Source: Octopus sinensis
Lineage: Eukaryota
Reading direction: 5' to 3'
DNA length: 64,000 bases
Assembly: GCF_006345805.1 (NCBI RefSeq)
Contig: NC_042999.1
Span: 56,854,001-56,918,000, forward strand
The notes under the pieces were generated by a model, which was not told the origin of the DNA, made no database searches, and worked only from the letters and a program-made list of their open reading frames with translations. A program made the position numbers and the translations under genes. The first letter of the stretch is position 1. Each line of letters begins with the position of its first letter. Of this stretch, positions 39,853-53,483 are shown piece by piece.

Positions 39853-40410
39853 GGCGCAGTACCAGGCACTGGTTCGCATGCCTTCGGATCTTAACTGATT
39901 GGAAGTGTTATCATGTACATTGTTTTGTCTTGATATAAAAGATGGGCTACAGCAAATATTCTGCTCTATACCACAGATTTGCATGTCAGTTGTTTGACCT
40001 TAACCAGTTGAACATGTCCCTTAGTGGCTGACAATATGTGCATCTCTGATCATGAGCAGAAGTAGTGGGGGAGCATCATAGCCATGTGTTGAGAGGGATT
40101 ATTTGGGGTTTGAATAATTCACCTCTGGAAACATGGGTGTTTCATTCGACATCCTTAAACAACCCTTATTCAGGGACTTTTTGAGGGGTATGGGCTACTC
40201 GACCAGAAGAAAATTCTAAGTGGGCCCCACCTGCAAGGTCGTGTGCTGTTTGTCTTGATATGAGATCACCATGTTGCGCACATATGGTTGTGATGCATGT
40301 GTCTGGTGTACCCTTATCAGACGGGTAGTCATGATGGGTATATTGGGCTTCGTATATTTTACCCCAGTGTCACTTTGATGGCATGCACTGCTCTCTCACT
40401 CAATAATAAT
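39853..40410 (+). mobile_element. Dispersed repeat with (AAT)n tail (other copies ~57990-58200, ~62948-63330)
   Basis: Three nested 5'-truncated copies share one 3' end, consistent with a retroposed element. Confidence 0.75.
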
Positions 40411-40699
40411 AATGATGATAATAATCATTTCAAAATATGGCACAAGACCATCAATTTCAAGGGAGGGGTGATATTGACCCCAGTGCTCAACTTATTTTAC
40501 CGACCCTGAAAGGATGAAAGGCAAAATCAACCTTGCTAGTGTCAGTTAGGAGTGAGAGAGCATTGAAAGCAGAGTAAAAAGAAAAAAACAAAGGAAGAAG
40601 CACAAAAAGGACATGAAAAAACATGACACAATAAGGGACTTCACAACCAGTTCCATGTAGCCACTACAAAGGTTGCTGGAAAACATAGGTGGAATTGGC

Positions 40700-41220
40700 T
40701 GAAGAAAGAAACACTGGAAAAAGAGACTGAGAGTGCTATAATGGCAGCACAAGACCAATCTTTGGCCATGAATTGGTGAGTCAACCTTAGGATTGAGCAA
40801 GTGTCTCCACTGTGCTGCATCTGTAACAGGCTGGATGATACCATTGCCCATATCATGTAAGAAAGCCCTAGACTTGCCCAAAACTACAATAAGTTGTGGT
40901 GTCATGATAAGGTAGAGAAAGTGCTACATTGGAAACTGTGCAAAAAAGTGGGGGCTAGAGAGAGGCATGGTATGAAGACATGGTATGAGCACAAACTGCA
41001 GAGAGGACAGAGTTGGAGACTTGTAAAATACTCTGGGATTTCCCAATCCAAACAGATCATGTGTTAGAGTTAGTGGTGGTTGACAAGATACACTACATGT
41101 GCTATATAGTTGATGCTGCATTTTGCTTTGGCCCATGAATAGTCAAGAAGGAGGTTGAAAAAATAGATAAATACAACTGTCTTAAATACGAAACGACCCA
41201 GCTATGGAAAATGGCAGGCG
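40700..41220 (+). mobile_element. Degraded R4-clade (RLE) LINE fragment, zinc-knuckle region
   Basis: Reads ESAIMAAQDQSLA...LCCICN...TIAHI...LAQNYN...HDKVEKVLHWKLCKKWGL. Confidence 0.75.
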
Positions 41221-43084
41221 AGTGAATGAGCATGCGTGCGTGTAACTCCAAACCCATCACTTGAAAACCAATGTTAGCTTGTTTACGTCTCTGTAACTTA
41301 GCAGTTTGACAAAAGAGACTGATAGAGTAAGTACCAAACTTTAAAAAAAGCTAAGTACTGTGGTTTGTTAAACTGAAACCCAGCATGGTTGCAGTCCAAT
41401 GACTGAATCAAGTGCAAAAACTTTTTCCTGACTTGGATTCCACTTGAGAAAATTTCAGCAGTGTCCTTGCCAGAGATGCTCAACAAAGACAATGTTAATT
41501 AAAGAGTATAACATCATGAAGCATTTAAATTGGTATGGAATGTTACTTCTGTTATTTCCCCACCCATATCTGAGATGTTGATGAAACATTCCTTTTTTAC
41601 CTCTACTTTCTTATCAGTACATAATTTAGGATACATAATGTTTGATTAATTAATTAAGAACAAGCAGAAATGCAACATGCATAATAAAAGGTGTGAGATA
41701 TACTACTATGCCAACAAGATACATAACATCATTGAAAGAATTTTAAGGAAATATCTGGTCTTAACTTTTACAATCCCAACCCTCCTGAAATTGATATGAT
41801 ACAAATTCCCTATTTTAAAGTGATCTAAATTAAACCCTTCTATCAAAATTCCATATTTATCTACATTCCAAACACCAGTTTTGCTAAATTTTTCCTTATT
41901 TTCAAAATTAACTGGAACAACAGCAATGTATTTCAGCAGCTGTATGGTAACAAATGGGTAAAAAAATTTACAAATAGAAACAATGAGATGATTTATAGAC
42001 TGATAAGCAATCACAATGGATATTTTATAAGACTTGACCAGAAGAGGAATGTCAGTACCTATGAATTTTTTTTTTCAGCAGTGCTAGGCTTGTGACTGGT
42101 GGGAAAAATGAAGGAACATTTTGATATTGTCAGACCAGACACCTCGTCTGAATACTCTCAAGAGAGTTGAACTCAGAGGTATAGGAGGTGGTGTTTAAGT
42201 CTACCAGGTGGCAGTTTAAGTTTACAACCTACGAGCAAATCCAAGACATCTGTCGAACTGCCCTATAGTTTCTATCTACCCACTTTCTCCCACAAATTCT
42301 TGATCAATCCAAAACAATGGTAAAATACACTTGCATTGTTGCAGAATGGGATTTAAGACAAGACCTACAGTTTGTGAAGTAAACATCTTCAGAACATGAA
42401 CAGTTATAGTAGTTATGAAGTAAATGAATCTCTCTAGATTTTGAAAATGAGTATTCCAACAATGGTTGGTGCAAATATGCGATCACACTTTTGCTTACCT
42501 ACCTACGGTAATGTAAATATACGATGTAGAGCTGCCCTACATCTATCACGGACTTTTTAGCGGCTAACATATGTTTACGTTCGCTATCATAAACTTTATC
42601 TCTTGGGGTGCGCACACTTGCCATCCCATGCATTATCTTAGCTATTTTAGGTTATGTTCAAGTCATGAGACTAGCAGTAGACCAATGGCATGTGGATACT
42701 TTACATGCATAATACCGTGTTTTGAGTTGTACCACACGCAAGCTATTTTTTAAACTTGTGCATATCATATTATGATAAATAGCTTCACATAGTTCGTTTT
42801 CATAAACCAGTAGACATAAATGTACCATGCTGTGTTATTGTAATGGTGAACATAAATAGACGCAAGCTCATTGGCACTTATGTGTTTGTGTGGCCTCATT
42901 AGACAAAAAAAAAAAAATCGGAGCAGTGTCTCGCATGCTTCGGGTAATACCGGCATCAAGGGGTTAATTAATCGAAACTACCAGCTCACTATATTAGTAT
43001 TTACCTGTTTTAGTCATTCGACTGAGGCCATATTAGTGTACCACCTTAGAGGGTTTTAGTCGAACAAATTGAACTCAGTACTTA

Positions 43085-44031
43085 TTTCTTTTTAAGCTTG
43101 GTACTTATTTTATTGGTCTCTTTTGCTGAACTGCTTAGTCACAGGGACATGAACAAACCAGCACTGGTTGTCAAGCTGGTAAATGAGAGACAAACATGGA
43201 TACATACACATACACACACACACATGACTGACTGCCACACAGTTTCCATCTACCATATACTCTCTCAAGGCATTAGTCATCTCAGGGTATAGGAGAAGAT
43301 ACTTGCCCAAGGTTCCACACAGTGAGATTGAACTTGAAATCATGTGGTAACAAAGCAGGCTTCTTAACCACACAGCCATGTCTGTGCCTAGATGTGTGTA
43401 CTCTTAAGATAATTCTTGAGCAGTATCAGCACGACACAATGTGTAAGACAAAACCAGACCTTTAATTTGCAAGAACAATCCATCCAAAAGGCTTTGCACA
43501 GTTTTCACTTCCTCACAAGGTTTGAGTCAACATGAAGTTATGGTAAAAAAAAAACACTTGCTTAAGAAGTCATGCTTAAGACATCATGACTGAAAAGTGA
43601 ACTTCTTAAACATTTGGTCGTGCGTTCATATTTATGAGATTAGTTAAGTAATCAATGGTGCAGGAGTGGCTGTGTGGTAAGTAGCTTGCTTACCACCCAC
43701 ATGGTTCTGGGTTCAGTCCCACTACATGGAACCTTGGGCAAGTGTCTTCTACTATAGCCTCGGGCCTACCAAAGCCTTGTGAGTGGATTTGGTAGACAGA
43801 AACTGAAAGAAGCCCGTTGTATATATGTATATGTATATAAATATATGTGTGTGTGTGTTTGTGTGTCCGTTTGTCCCACCACCATCGCTTGACAACTGGT
43901 GCTGGTGTGTTTACGTCCCCGTAACTTAGCAGTTCGTCAAAAGCGAAGTCCTGGGGTCGATTTGCTTGACTAAAGAGCGGTGCTCCAGCATGGCCGCAGT
44001 CAAATGACTGAAACAAGTAAAAGAGTAAAAG
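43085..44031. mobile_element. Two family-A SINEs in opposite orientation (~43085-43390 minus; ~43657-44031 plus)
   Basis: Shared family core. Confidence 0.75.
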
Positions 44032-45013
44032 AATGGATCACAAATGAAATACCACATAACTCAAGATTTTACTGGGGTGGTAAAGTCATATCCTTACAAT
44101 GATATCAAGCTTAGTGAAGAAAACTAAGTAGACAAAAGATCACATTCTCCATTCCACTGCATACACACACATGTACAACATATACATACAGCACAATCAA
44201 TACATTCATACATTAATAAAACAATTAAAAACGAATATTTATAAATACACGTCTATTTCTGTAGACAATATCTTAGAGATTCAAGCAAACAATCTGGTGT
44301 TGCATGTAAAATAATTAAAAGCAGCTGAAGGACAAGAACACCAGATGAAAAAATAAAAAAAATCTATTTATCTCAACATAAACTCATGTTTGTTTATATC
44401 ACTACATGATATCATCAATGAAAGATTAACAGTTTAATATCATATTCTCTTCCCTACCAACTAACTCACATAATGATAACACCAAGTCTTTGCACCTTCT
44501 ACACACATCCTTTTTCACAAAGCATATTGATCTGGAACAAATCCCAAACAAATGTTATGTTATCCAACACACTTTTATATTTCATACGGAAATAGTTACA
44601 CATCCTTTAACTACTTCTAACCTTAAGTATTCATTTTGCTTTGAAAATACCTTCACAATTTGATAATCCTCTACAGATATAATCGGCTATTCTACATGGT
44701 TTCTAATTCTCTTGCTGATTAGAATATTTCAACAATTTTTTTTTTATCTGACAGCACCAGATTTTTCCCCCCATTTCCTCTATTTTCTTCGCTGCTTCTT
44801 CATCCTCCATTTTTTTTTTTTTTATATATTCAAGCCTGCTGTTTTACAGGGATTCTCTGACTAGTAATGCATGCAGATTCATACCAATTTCTCATCTAAC
44901 AAATGCTCATAGATTTTCTAGCGTTCATTGTATCCTCTATAATCAATATTTGTTGATACAGTTTCGTTTCTATTCAGTACAGTTTGAGATATGAGAATAT
45001 TGAGATAAAAATA

Positions 45014-45079
<66 letters not shown>

Positions 45080-46689
45080 GAGAGAGACAGAAAGGAAGAG
45101 AAATCTAATTGTCTATTCCCCAAGCTGACTTCATCTTTACAGACAAAAATCATTCATTTAACTAGCTGAATAGAATTACTAGTAACTAATTAATTCTTTT
45201 CTATAAAGCAAGACTTCTTTAAAGATTTACATCTTTGAGTAGCTAACATTGTCAGGACAAATATCTAATTTCATTGAACATCTATCTTCCTCATAACTCA
45301 TTTTTCTTTTCTTTTTTTTCTTTTTTTTCATAGGTAGAGGGAAAATATTTGTACAATATTATCAAAACAAAGAGAAATGTGAATAGTATGACTATTTGTT
45401 TCTATAGAGGAAAAAAAAATTGTTAGTTTGCCAGTGTAATAAAGGGGTTCTTTATGATGGTACATATTATGTTTTGTAATGTAGATTGAAGAAGAAAGAG
45501 AAACTAAGAAGTTAGCCATATCTGATGATGATGGTGGTGGTGGCAGTGGTGGTGGTAGTGGTGTAGAGAGACAAAGAGAGACAGAGAGAGAGGGAGGGAG
45601 AGAGAGGGAGGGAGTGAGAGAGAGAGAGAGAGATTATGATTGAGAAATTGAACTAGAAATAAATGACTAATATCATTCTTGATTACAATCTGAGTTAAAC
45701 TCATCTGTTTGTCAAGTAGCCAAAACTAGAAGGAAGTTTCTACATAGACAAGTTAACTGCCTCCTTACCATAAAAAAAACTGAACCAGTATAAAAAATAT
45801 ATATATATATATAATAAAGTGGAGTCTTGCCATATGCAATTAGTTATAATTACATATAATTAATTTCCATGAAAATATTAACCTCTACTCCACCAAAAGG
45901 AAAAAGAAAAGAAAAGAAAAATCAGAAACAAAACTAAAAATACACGAATGTCTTTATGGATTGTTATTTGTTTATGATAAAAATGAATGGATATGAATGC
46001 TACTAATATCACAGTTTTTTAGGGATCAGGAAAGAGGGGGCAATAGCTATGAAATATAAATCTTATAGGTTTCAGGTTCAATCCCTATACTAGGAAGTTA
46101 AATCATCATCATTCTTATTTAACATCCATTTTCCATGCTAGAATGGGCTGGATGGCAATGTATTACAATATTTTGAGATTTATCATTGATTTCTTTTTAA
46201 ACATACTTGCTTGGGTCAGATGGAATTTATTAAAGTGGACTTTTTATAGAGAAAGGTCAACAAATAGGTGCCAAAACATCAGAGAGAGAATAAACCCTAG
46301 CATCATGAATAAAAAAATTATTTCAGATGGAACTAAAGCAACTTTATAAAGAACAACTACAATGGATATAATGAAATATAGAATATCAAAATACAAGCTA
46401 ACTACAAAAACAACAACTGAAGAGTTACTAATAACAAGAATAATATAAAGAATTCTCATTCCAATTATAGTGATTCAGACAAAATCCAAAAATAGAGGAA
46501 CATGAGATGAATTCCAATTGAGAAAACTCAAAAATAATCCATCACAAAAATTATCAACATCTTTACAAGTAGATACACATACATCTATTCCATTTTATCA
46601 TAAGGAATTGGTTCCAAAAGAATTTAAAATCACTGTGATAAATGAATCAGTGCAGTGATAAACGAATCATCTCCATGGACTTTGTTAGT

Positions 46690-46860
46690 AGAACAAATGG
46701 TAGGTTCATTGACACCAAATTCATGGTCTACAGCAATGAAACTTACACCATCACATATTTTCTTGATCATTTCTAGCCTTTCCTATAGAGAATATACTTG
46801 TCATTTGTTAGAATCAAGCACCTTCATATTCTTTTCTCTCCATTGGTCCCATGTTCATGG
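46690..46860 (-). mobile_element. pogo/Tigger transposase N-terminal HTH remnant
   Basis: Reads SL*ERLEMIKKICDGVSFIAVDHEFGVNEPTI, resembling the CENP-B/Tigger psq-type HTH. Confidence 0.55.
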
Positions 46861-47279
46861 GTGCTAGTAAATAAATCTGGCAGCATGGTCATGTAAACAC
46901 AAGTGATGATCAGTACATTCCGAGTAACTCAGCTTTATGGTTGATTGGGCGAGTTTTTGTGGAACAAGCAGAATCTTTGACTGATTAATGACCCATGTTA
47001 TCAAAGATTAATCTGTGATAAGCATAATATGGTCCACATTTAAGTGTACCATGTCATCACGGATCAGTGATGAATTAATGATAAACAAAGATGCATGTAC
47101 TTAATAAAAGATTAAAATTTACACTGACTCTTTGAAAAATCATTCATAACAGAAATCAAGGGTGGTACTTTAAAATTCTGCAGAAAACATAGACTAGCAA
47201 AACAGTTTTTTTTTTTTTTTTTTGAGGAAGAAAACAAAAATGAAACCTTAATTAAAAAAACCAAAAAAATTAATAACAC

Positions 47280-49330
47280 TCTGAAAAGAAATGCAAATAT
47301 AGCTGTTGATGAATTGTATGAATATATCTCAAACTTTCCAGTAGAAAAACTTAAAACAAAGTAAACAGAATCTAACTTTAGCAGACAACAATGGAACCAT
47401 CTGACCAATTTAAAATTAGACAAAAACATAATTATAAAAGAAGCCAACAAAGGAGACTCTGTTGTTATGGATACTAAATACTACACAAATATTGTACTGA
47501 ATATACTACAAGACAATATATACTATAGAAATAAAAAAAATTACAAAGCTGTTAAAATTGTAAAATAACTGATCATTTTACTACAGTCATATAGAAATTG
47601 TTTAATAGATGAAGGACTGAATTACCTCACAAATTTCAAATATAAAACGAGTAACATCTATGGGCTACCAAGAATACATAAAAACAAAACTAATCAATGA
47701 AGCACATGAAAGGGCAAAGACTACTATGTGAATATATCCTCACTGACTGATTTAAAACTGAGACTGATTGTAGCAAGCTTGACTAGCAAGATACATCACT
47801 TAAGTGATTTTCTAGACATTTTGCTTAAATCTTTCTTCAAACACATAAAGTGCTTTGTATGAGATGATATTGAAATGCTCAGCCATATACCCAATGCAGT
47901 AAACAAAAAATACCTTCATTATTACATTTGATGTTGTGAAGTAATATAATGGTTTCAGATTTTGCCACAAGGGCAGTGTTGTGAAGTAATATAATAACAT
48001 TCTACAGAGTTAGAGAATCAAGACTATAAAATATTGGCTGGAGACTTATGAAATACTGAAATAATCTGATAGAAAATTTTTAGTAAATGGTCTGTTCATT
48101 TTAGGAAATAATTACTTCACATTTGATGAAATTGCTTACCAGTAAAAATCAGTGGTAGCTATGGGAACCAAGGTTGTGTCAACCTAGTTATGGGATACCA
48201 TAAATTGAAGATTTTTTTAATCATCCCTGAGATAAATTCAGCTATTATTTGAATGAAAACTGAAAAAGATTCCTGGATAACGGCTTTATTCTAGGGGTGG
48301 AAAAACATCACTTTATTGAACAAATTTCAAAATTGCATCAATAATATAATCCCTGACATCCAATTCACTATGAATTTCAGTAATGATAAACTCCCTTTTT
48401 TAGATATATTAATAACAAAGAGAAACATCATACAAGAAGCTGATATACATTTTAAATCCATCAACTCTCAATTTATCTTCTATTTATATTGAGTCATCTG
48501 AAACATTCCATGGACTTGAAGAAATGAGAAATATACTTATCAAAAGAAAATCCCATCTAAATTTAATAATTTTTAGGATTGAAAAAGCAAAGCAAGGTAA
48601 TGCCTTGAAATATCAAGAAATAAAAATGAAAATGAGAAAATGTTATACCATATACTTTAACTTTTAATCCAAAGAACATCAAATTCTTTACTAAAGATCT
48701 AAATCATACAGATAATTTAAGATGCATTAAAAAGTGCAAAAGTTACCATGAACACTGCACTGAATAAACAGGTACGATATTCATAAAAAAAGATGACAGC
48801 TCATTACCAACAGATCAGGGAATCATATACAAGGAAAATTTCCTTGAATCAACATAGAGAAAATTGTTGGTGATACAGTAAACTACTCCATCTTCTCATT
48901 CTACTGGCGCAGTAGTGACTCAACAATGGAACAGTGACAAGCCAAGAAAGAAATACATTTTATAAACAGATACTAATCAAAAGTTAAATGCATTATGCTT
49001 TGAATAATATATGCCCTGATTATGATTTCAAAAATTGTGAAGAAATTACTTTTTTTTTAAGCATAGAACCACTGGTTACATGTTGTATCATTAAAAAAAC
49101 ATAACATTAACCACACAATTAACAGCTCTATCCCTTGTCCTTAAAACAACATAAGTAACGTATATTTTCAAATCTAACAAGACCATGTATGAAATAAACA
49201 TGAGGACAGAAAGATGGCTTAGAAGAATCTTGGGAAAACACTACACATTTAGATAAGTGCCAATATTATTCTTTGATAAGCCCAAAACAATGAAAACCAG
49301 TTAGTGAATTCCTATTTTTATGGAAGCAAT
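47280..49330 (+). mobile_element. Old, heavily frameshifted Penelope-like element (RT plus GIY-YIG)
   Basis: Motif remnants appear in order: NIIIKEANKG..VVMD...Y, YGLPRIHK, LRLIVAS, TFDV, NNYFTFD, AMGTK, RFLDN, IQFTM...LPFLDILI. Confidence 0.75.
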
Positions 49331-49514
49331 CTTGTACTTTAAATTTGTGTATATGATAAAAAAAAATTCCATTATCTTTTGTGTGAAAAAAGAAACTGTA
49401 ATTTATCCTGTAAAATTTGATCTACCTGAATTATAAGAATCAGAATAACCCCACCTGGCACCTTTTCAAATTTTTGTTATTTTTTCCTCCTCTCTCTCTG
49501 TATGTGTGTGTGCT

Positions 49515-49545
<31 letters not shown>

Positions 49546-50666
49546 GAACACCCACACACACACATTGCTTAATGTTGAACAGATGAGAAAGGAGTGCTCC
49601 ATATATGTTGCAGAGAATGTTTTTTTTTTATTAAAACTGAATCTTTAATAAAGTTAGTTTTGTGACTCAAATATCATACCACTGTGATCTTCAGGTGAAA
49701 CTCTGAAATGCTTGAAGATTGCAGAGAAACTCAAGTTATGAAATAAACTCTCAGCTTTAGTTTTAATAAGAAGTTACAAATATACACATTCTACAGAGCT
49801 TGGAACCCCTTTTGTACAATATGTATTGTATTATCCATATTGGCCTTTGTGAGCAATAAAATGGAAGCTGGCAGAATCGTTAGCACACTGGACGAAATGC
49901 TTAGCTGAATTTTACCCGTTGCTGCATTCTGAGTTCAAATTCCACCAAGGTCAACTTTACCTTTTATCCTTTTGGAATTGATAAAACAAGTACCAGTTGA
50001 ATACTGGGGTCAATGTAATCGACTCATCTTCTCCTCCAAAATACATGCCCTTGTGGCAAAATCTGAAACCACTATTATTATTATTATTATTATTATTATA
50101 TGGTAGTGGAAGTCAGGGAGCTGGCAGAATCATTGCAGTGCAGGGCGAAATGCTTAGTGTTTCATCTGTCTCATATGTTCCAAGTTCAAATTCAGCCAAA
50201 GTAAACTTTGCCATTCATCCTTTCAGGGTCAACAAAATAAGCACTAGTTGAACACTGGGTCACTAGCGTAGTTAGAGTATGTGCCACCCAGGGTGGCCCT
50301 TCTGTTCTCCACCCCCAGACCCCACTAAAATCCATATATTGCTTACAGCAGACCCAAAAGTACTGCCCCTTTAAAAGTACTGCTTGGGGTGGACCACCCT
50401 TACTCCCCACCGCTACATTAGTGACTGGGGTTGATGTAATTGACTTGCATCCTCCCCCAAAACTGCTGGCCTTGAGCCAAAATTTGAAACCATTAATTTG
50501 GTGGTGGATTTTAGTGGTATTTAGTTTCAGCTGTTTACATTCTGAGTTCAAATCCCACAAAGGTCAATTTTATTTTTCATTTTTTGGGGGTTGATAATAT
50601 AAATTTCAAGTCAACCACTAAAATTAATACAATTTACTGCTACCTGAATTTCAGGCCTTGTATCTT

Positions 50667-51028
50667 TGTTAGTACATCAACATCAAAAAATCAAATGGAA
50701 ATTGTAGTTGTGATACCTGTGCTGGTGGCACGTAAAAAGCACCATCTGAACATGGCCGATGCCTGTGCCGCCTTGACTGGCTTTTATGCCAATGGCACAT
50801 AAAAAGCACCAACCGATTGTGGCCGTTGCCAGCCTCATCCGGCACATAAATAGCACCCACTACACTCACGGAGTGGTTGGCGTTAAGAAGGGCATCCAGC
50901 TGTAAAAACACTGCCAGATCAGCCTGGTGCAGCGTCCTGGATTCCCAGACCCCAGTCAAACCGTCCAACCCATGCAAGCATGGAAAACGGACATTAAACG
51001 ATGATAATGATGATGATGATGATGATGA
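50667..51028 (+). mobile_element. RTE 3'UTR fragment ending ~30 nt from the NALF donor site
   Basis: Shared RTE terminal sequence plus (ATG)n tail. Confidence 0.8.
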
Positions 51029-51058
51029 GAAGCAAAGCAATTTATCCAGATTTCTTAC

Positions 51059-51224
51059 CTTTGCATATAAAACTTGGATCTCCCGCATGAGTTTCTTTTA
51101 GAGCCGGACGAAAAAAGGGACAAGTTTCCTCAACTTTGGAACAGAAGGCGTTGCATGGCTTCACAAAAACCCCATCAACATAGAAAGGTATAGACACAGC
51201 ACATAACCATTCTCGGTATGCCTT
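51059..51224 (-). CDS. NALF1: Internal coding exon of a FAM155/NALF/Mid1-like NALCN auxiliary subunit (second half of the cysteine-rich domain)
   Basis: The 166-nt exon has a minus-strand acceptor tctatttcag| (phase 0) and donor AAAG|gtaaga (phase 1). It translates to KAYREWLCAVSIPFYVDGVFVKPCNAFCSKVEETCPFFRPALKETHAGDPSFICK, matching the family pattern Y..WLC...PC..(F/Y)C..V...CP(F/Y)..P...(A/G)G..(S/T)F(I/L)C that I recall from FAM155A and fly Mid1. The symbol denotes the family (probable co-ortholog of NALF1/2). Confidence 0.88.
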
Positions 51225-52460
51225 CTGAAATAGAGACAATACAGAATTTTTTTAATAAACTTAGTAACTAATGAAAGCATAATGAACATGAAGAAACTCT
51301 AATGAAGTGCTTTAATATTTGTCCTCTAATGGGCACTATAAAATTATACAACAGATTCACATTTTTACAGATAGATTAATTATTTAGGGAGATTTGGGTG
51401 CTGTTTCTAGAAGGTTGAATTACCACATAAAGGTCACATATGAAGAGAGCTGGTGCAGTGTATGTATGTGTGGGTTTGATCAAGGGTATTCTACAACAAA
51501 AATAGCAACAATGTGGTCACATGAAATGCTAGAAATAGCAGTAAGACTCCTATTAAATCATTCTTTAGTGTCTTGAAAAAATAAATAAATAGACCTATAA
51601 AATCATGCAGTCATAGATAATACTGTGCCTGAAAAAATGAGAGGGTCATGGATGGGACTTAATTGGTTATAATTAGGTTCATTTAATCAGGGCTGGCCTT
51701 GGCTACACAACAATACTACCAAATGAATAATCTAGTGCAGAGACTGTCTGTGGTTGCTCAATCTGCTTGAAATTGCAGCAAAGTCTTCAACTCATATCAT
51801 ACGATATTAAGGAAGGAGGGGAGTTATTGGATGCTGCTGCCTTAGATAAGCTATACTCAGAAGTAAAGCAGTATGGTCGTGGCTGAAAGACATTTGATTG
51901 TAGCTCTAATGGGTCAGAGCTGTATAGGGGCTAAGCTACAAGTAAGTTGCTGGGAATTTCAAACAATGATGTCTTTCTGGTTGGTATGAGAGACACTTCT
52001 GTTTTGGTGAGAGAATATTAAGGAATATGAACCATGAGAACCAACAAACATATTTCTTTGATTTGCTGTCATAAATGTATGTTTGTGTATGTATGCATAT
52101 TTGTGTATGTGTGTGAACATAGTGCATGTATATAGTATGTATGTAGTGTGTGTGTGTGTGTGTGTATTCTAAATGTATATCACATCTTTCTAGCACACAC
52201 ACACAAATACTGGCAGACATATATAGACCACACACTGTTCAGTTTATAAGAAAAAATAAATGGGATATAAAAGCTTTATATATTTTTCTCTTTTTTTATA
52301 TTACTGGTTTCAGTCATTGAACTGCAGCCATGCTGCAGCAACACTTTCAAGGATTTTAACCATTTCTATCATCCCAGTACTTACTCCTGTTGCATATTTA
52401 TTTTATTGAACTATATTCCATTGAATGGTTATCATTTTGTCATAACCTCTCTTTCTCTCT

Positions 52461-52665
52461 TTTCTCTTTTACTTGTTTCAGTCATTTGACTGCGGCCATG
52501 CTGGAGCACCACCTTTAATCGAGCAACTCGACCCCGGGTCTTATTCTTTTGTAAGCCCAGTACTTATTCTATCGGTCTCTTTTGCCGAACCGCTAAGTAA
52601 CGGGGGCATAAACACACCAGCATCGGTTGTCAAGCAATGCTAGGGGGACAAACACAGACACACAA

Positions 52666-52696
<31 letters not shown>

Positions 52697-52867
52697 CATA
52701 TATACGACAGGCTTCTTTCAGTTTCCATCTACCAAATCCACTCACAAGGCATTGGTCGGCCCGGGGCTATAGCAGAAGACACTTGCCCAAGATGCCATGC
52801 AGTGGGACTGAACCCGGAACCATGTGGTTGGTTAGCAAGCTACTTACCACACAGCCACTCCTGCACC
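52461..52867 (-). mobile_element. Near-complete SINE family A
   Basis: tRNA-like head, core and tail are all present. Confidence 0.85.
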
Positions 52868-53261
52868 TCACAATTTTTTATTGACCAATGCCATGTCAAA
52901 TGCATAAACACACACAAAAATCACACACAGAATCAAAAACTAAATTGTACATTTACTAAAAAACATCTTACATTAAATGCTATGCCTGAAAAGATGACAG
53001 GGTCCTGAGATGAGTCACAGAAGGCTCGGGGCTAAACAACACCTCCTCCCACCATCAAACAAAGAAGCTGATAGAGATATTATATGGTTGTAACCAAATC
53101 TTCCTCAAATTATACTTTATTATCTTAAAGAAGGAGAGATACATTGGATGATGTCACTCTAGATACACACTATGCCTGAACAAAATATGAGGTGGTCATT
53201 ACTGGAAAACATTTGGTAGTATTTCGTTTTGGGATTTGGTTTGCAGTATATATATATATGT

Positions 53262-53450
53262 GTGTGTGTGTGGCATGTAAAAAACACCCACTACACTCAC
53301 AGAGTGGTTGGCGTTAGGAAGGGCATCCAGCTGTAGAAACACTGCCAAATCAGACTGGAGCCTGGTGCAGCCTCCATCGCTTACCAGACCCCGGTCGAAC
53401 CGTCCAACCCATGCTAGCATGGAAAACGGACGATGATGATGATGATGATG

Positions 53451-53451
<1 letters not shown>
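53262..53451 (+). mobile_element. RTE 3'UTR terminal fragment
   Basis: Shared terminal ~170 bp plus (ATG)n tail. Confidence 0.8.

Positions 53452-53483
<32 letters not shown>

Noticed and set aside
41706-42014. 102-aa minus ORF with a plausible acceptor
   Set aside because: There is no convincing donor, no recognisable motif, and the acceptor phase is incompatible with the phase-1 NALF donor.
42480-42967. Possible piggyBac-type MITE ending aagggg-TTAA
   Set aside because: No matching left TIR/TTAA was found, so the boundaries cannot be supported.
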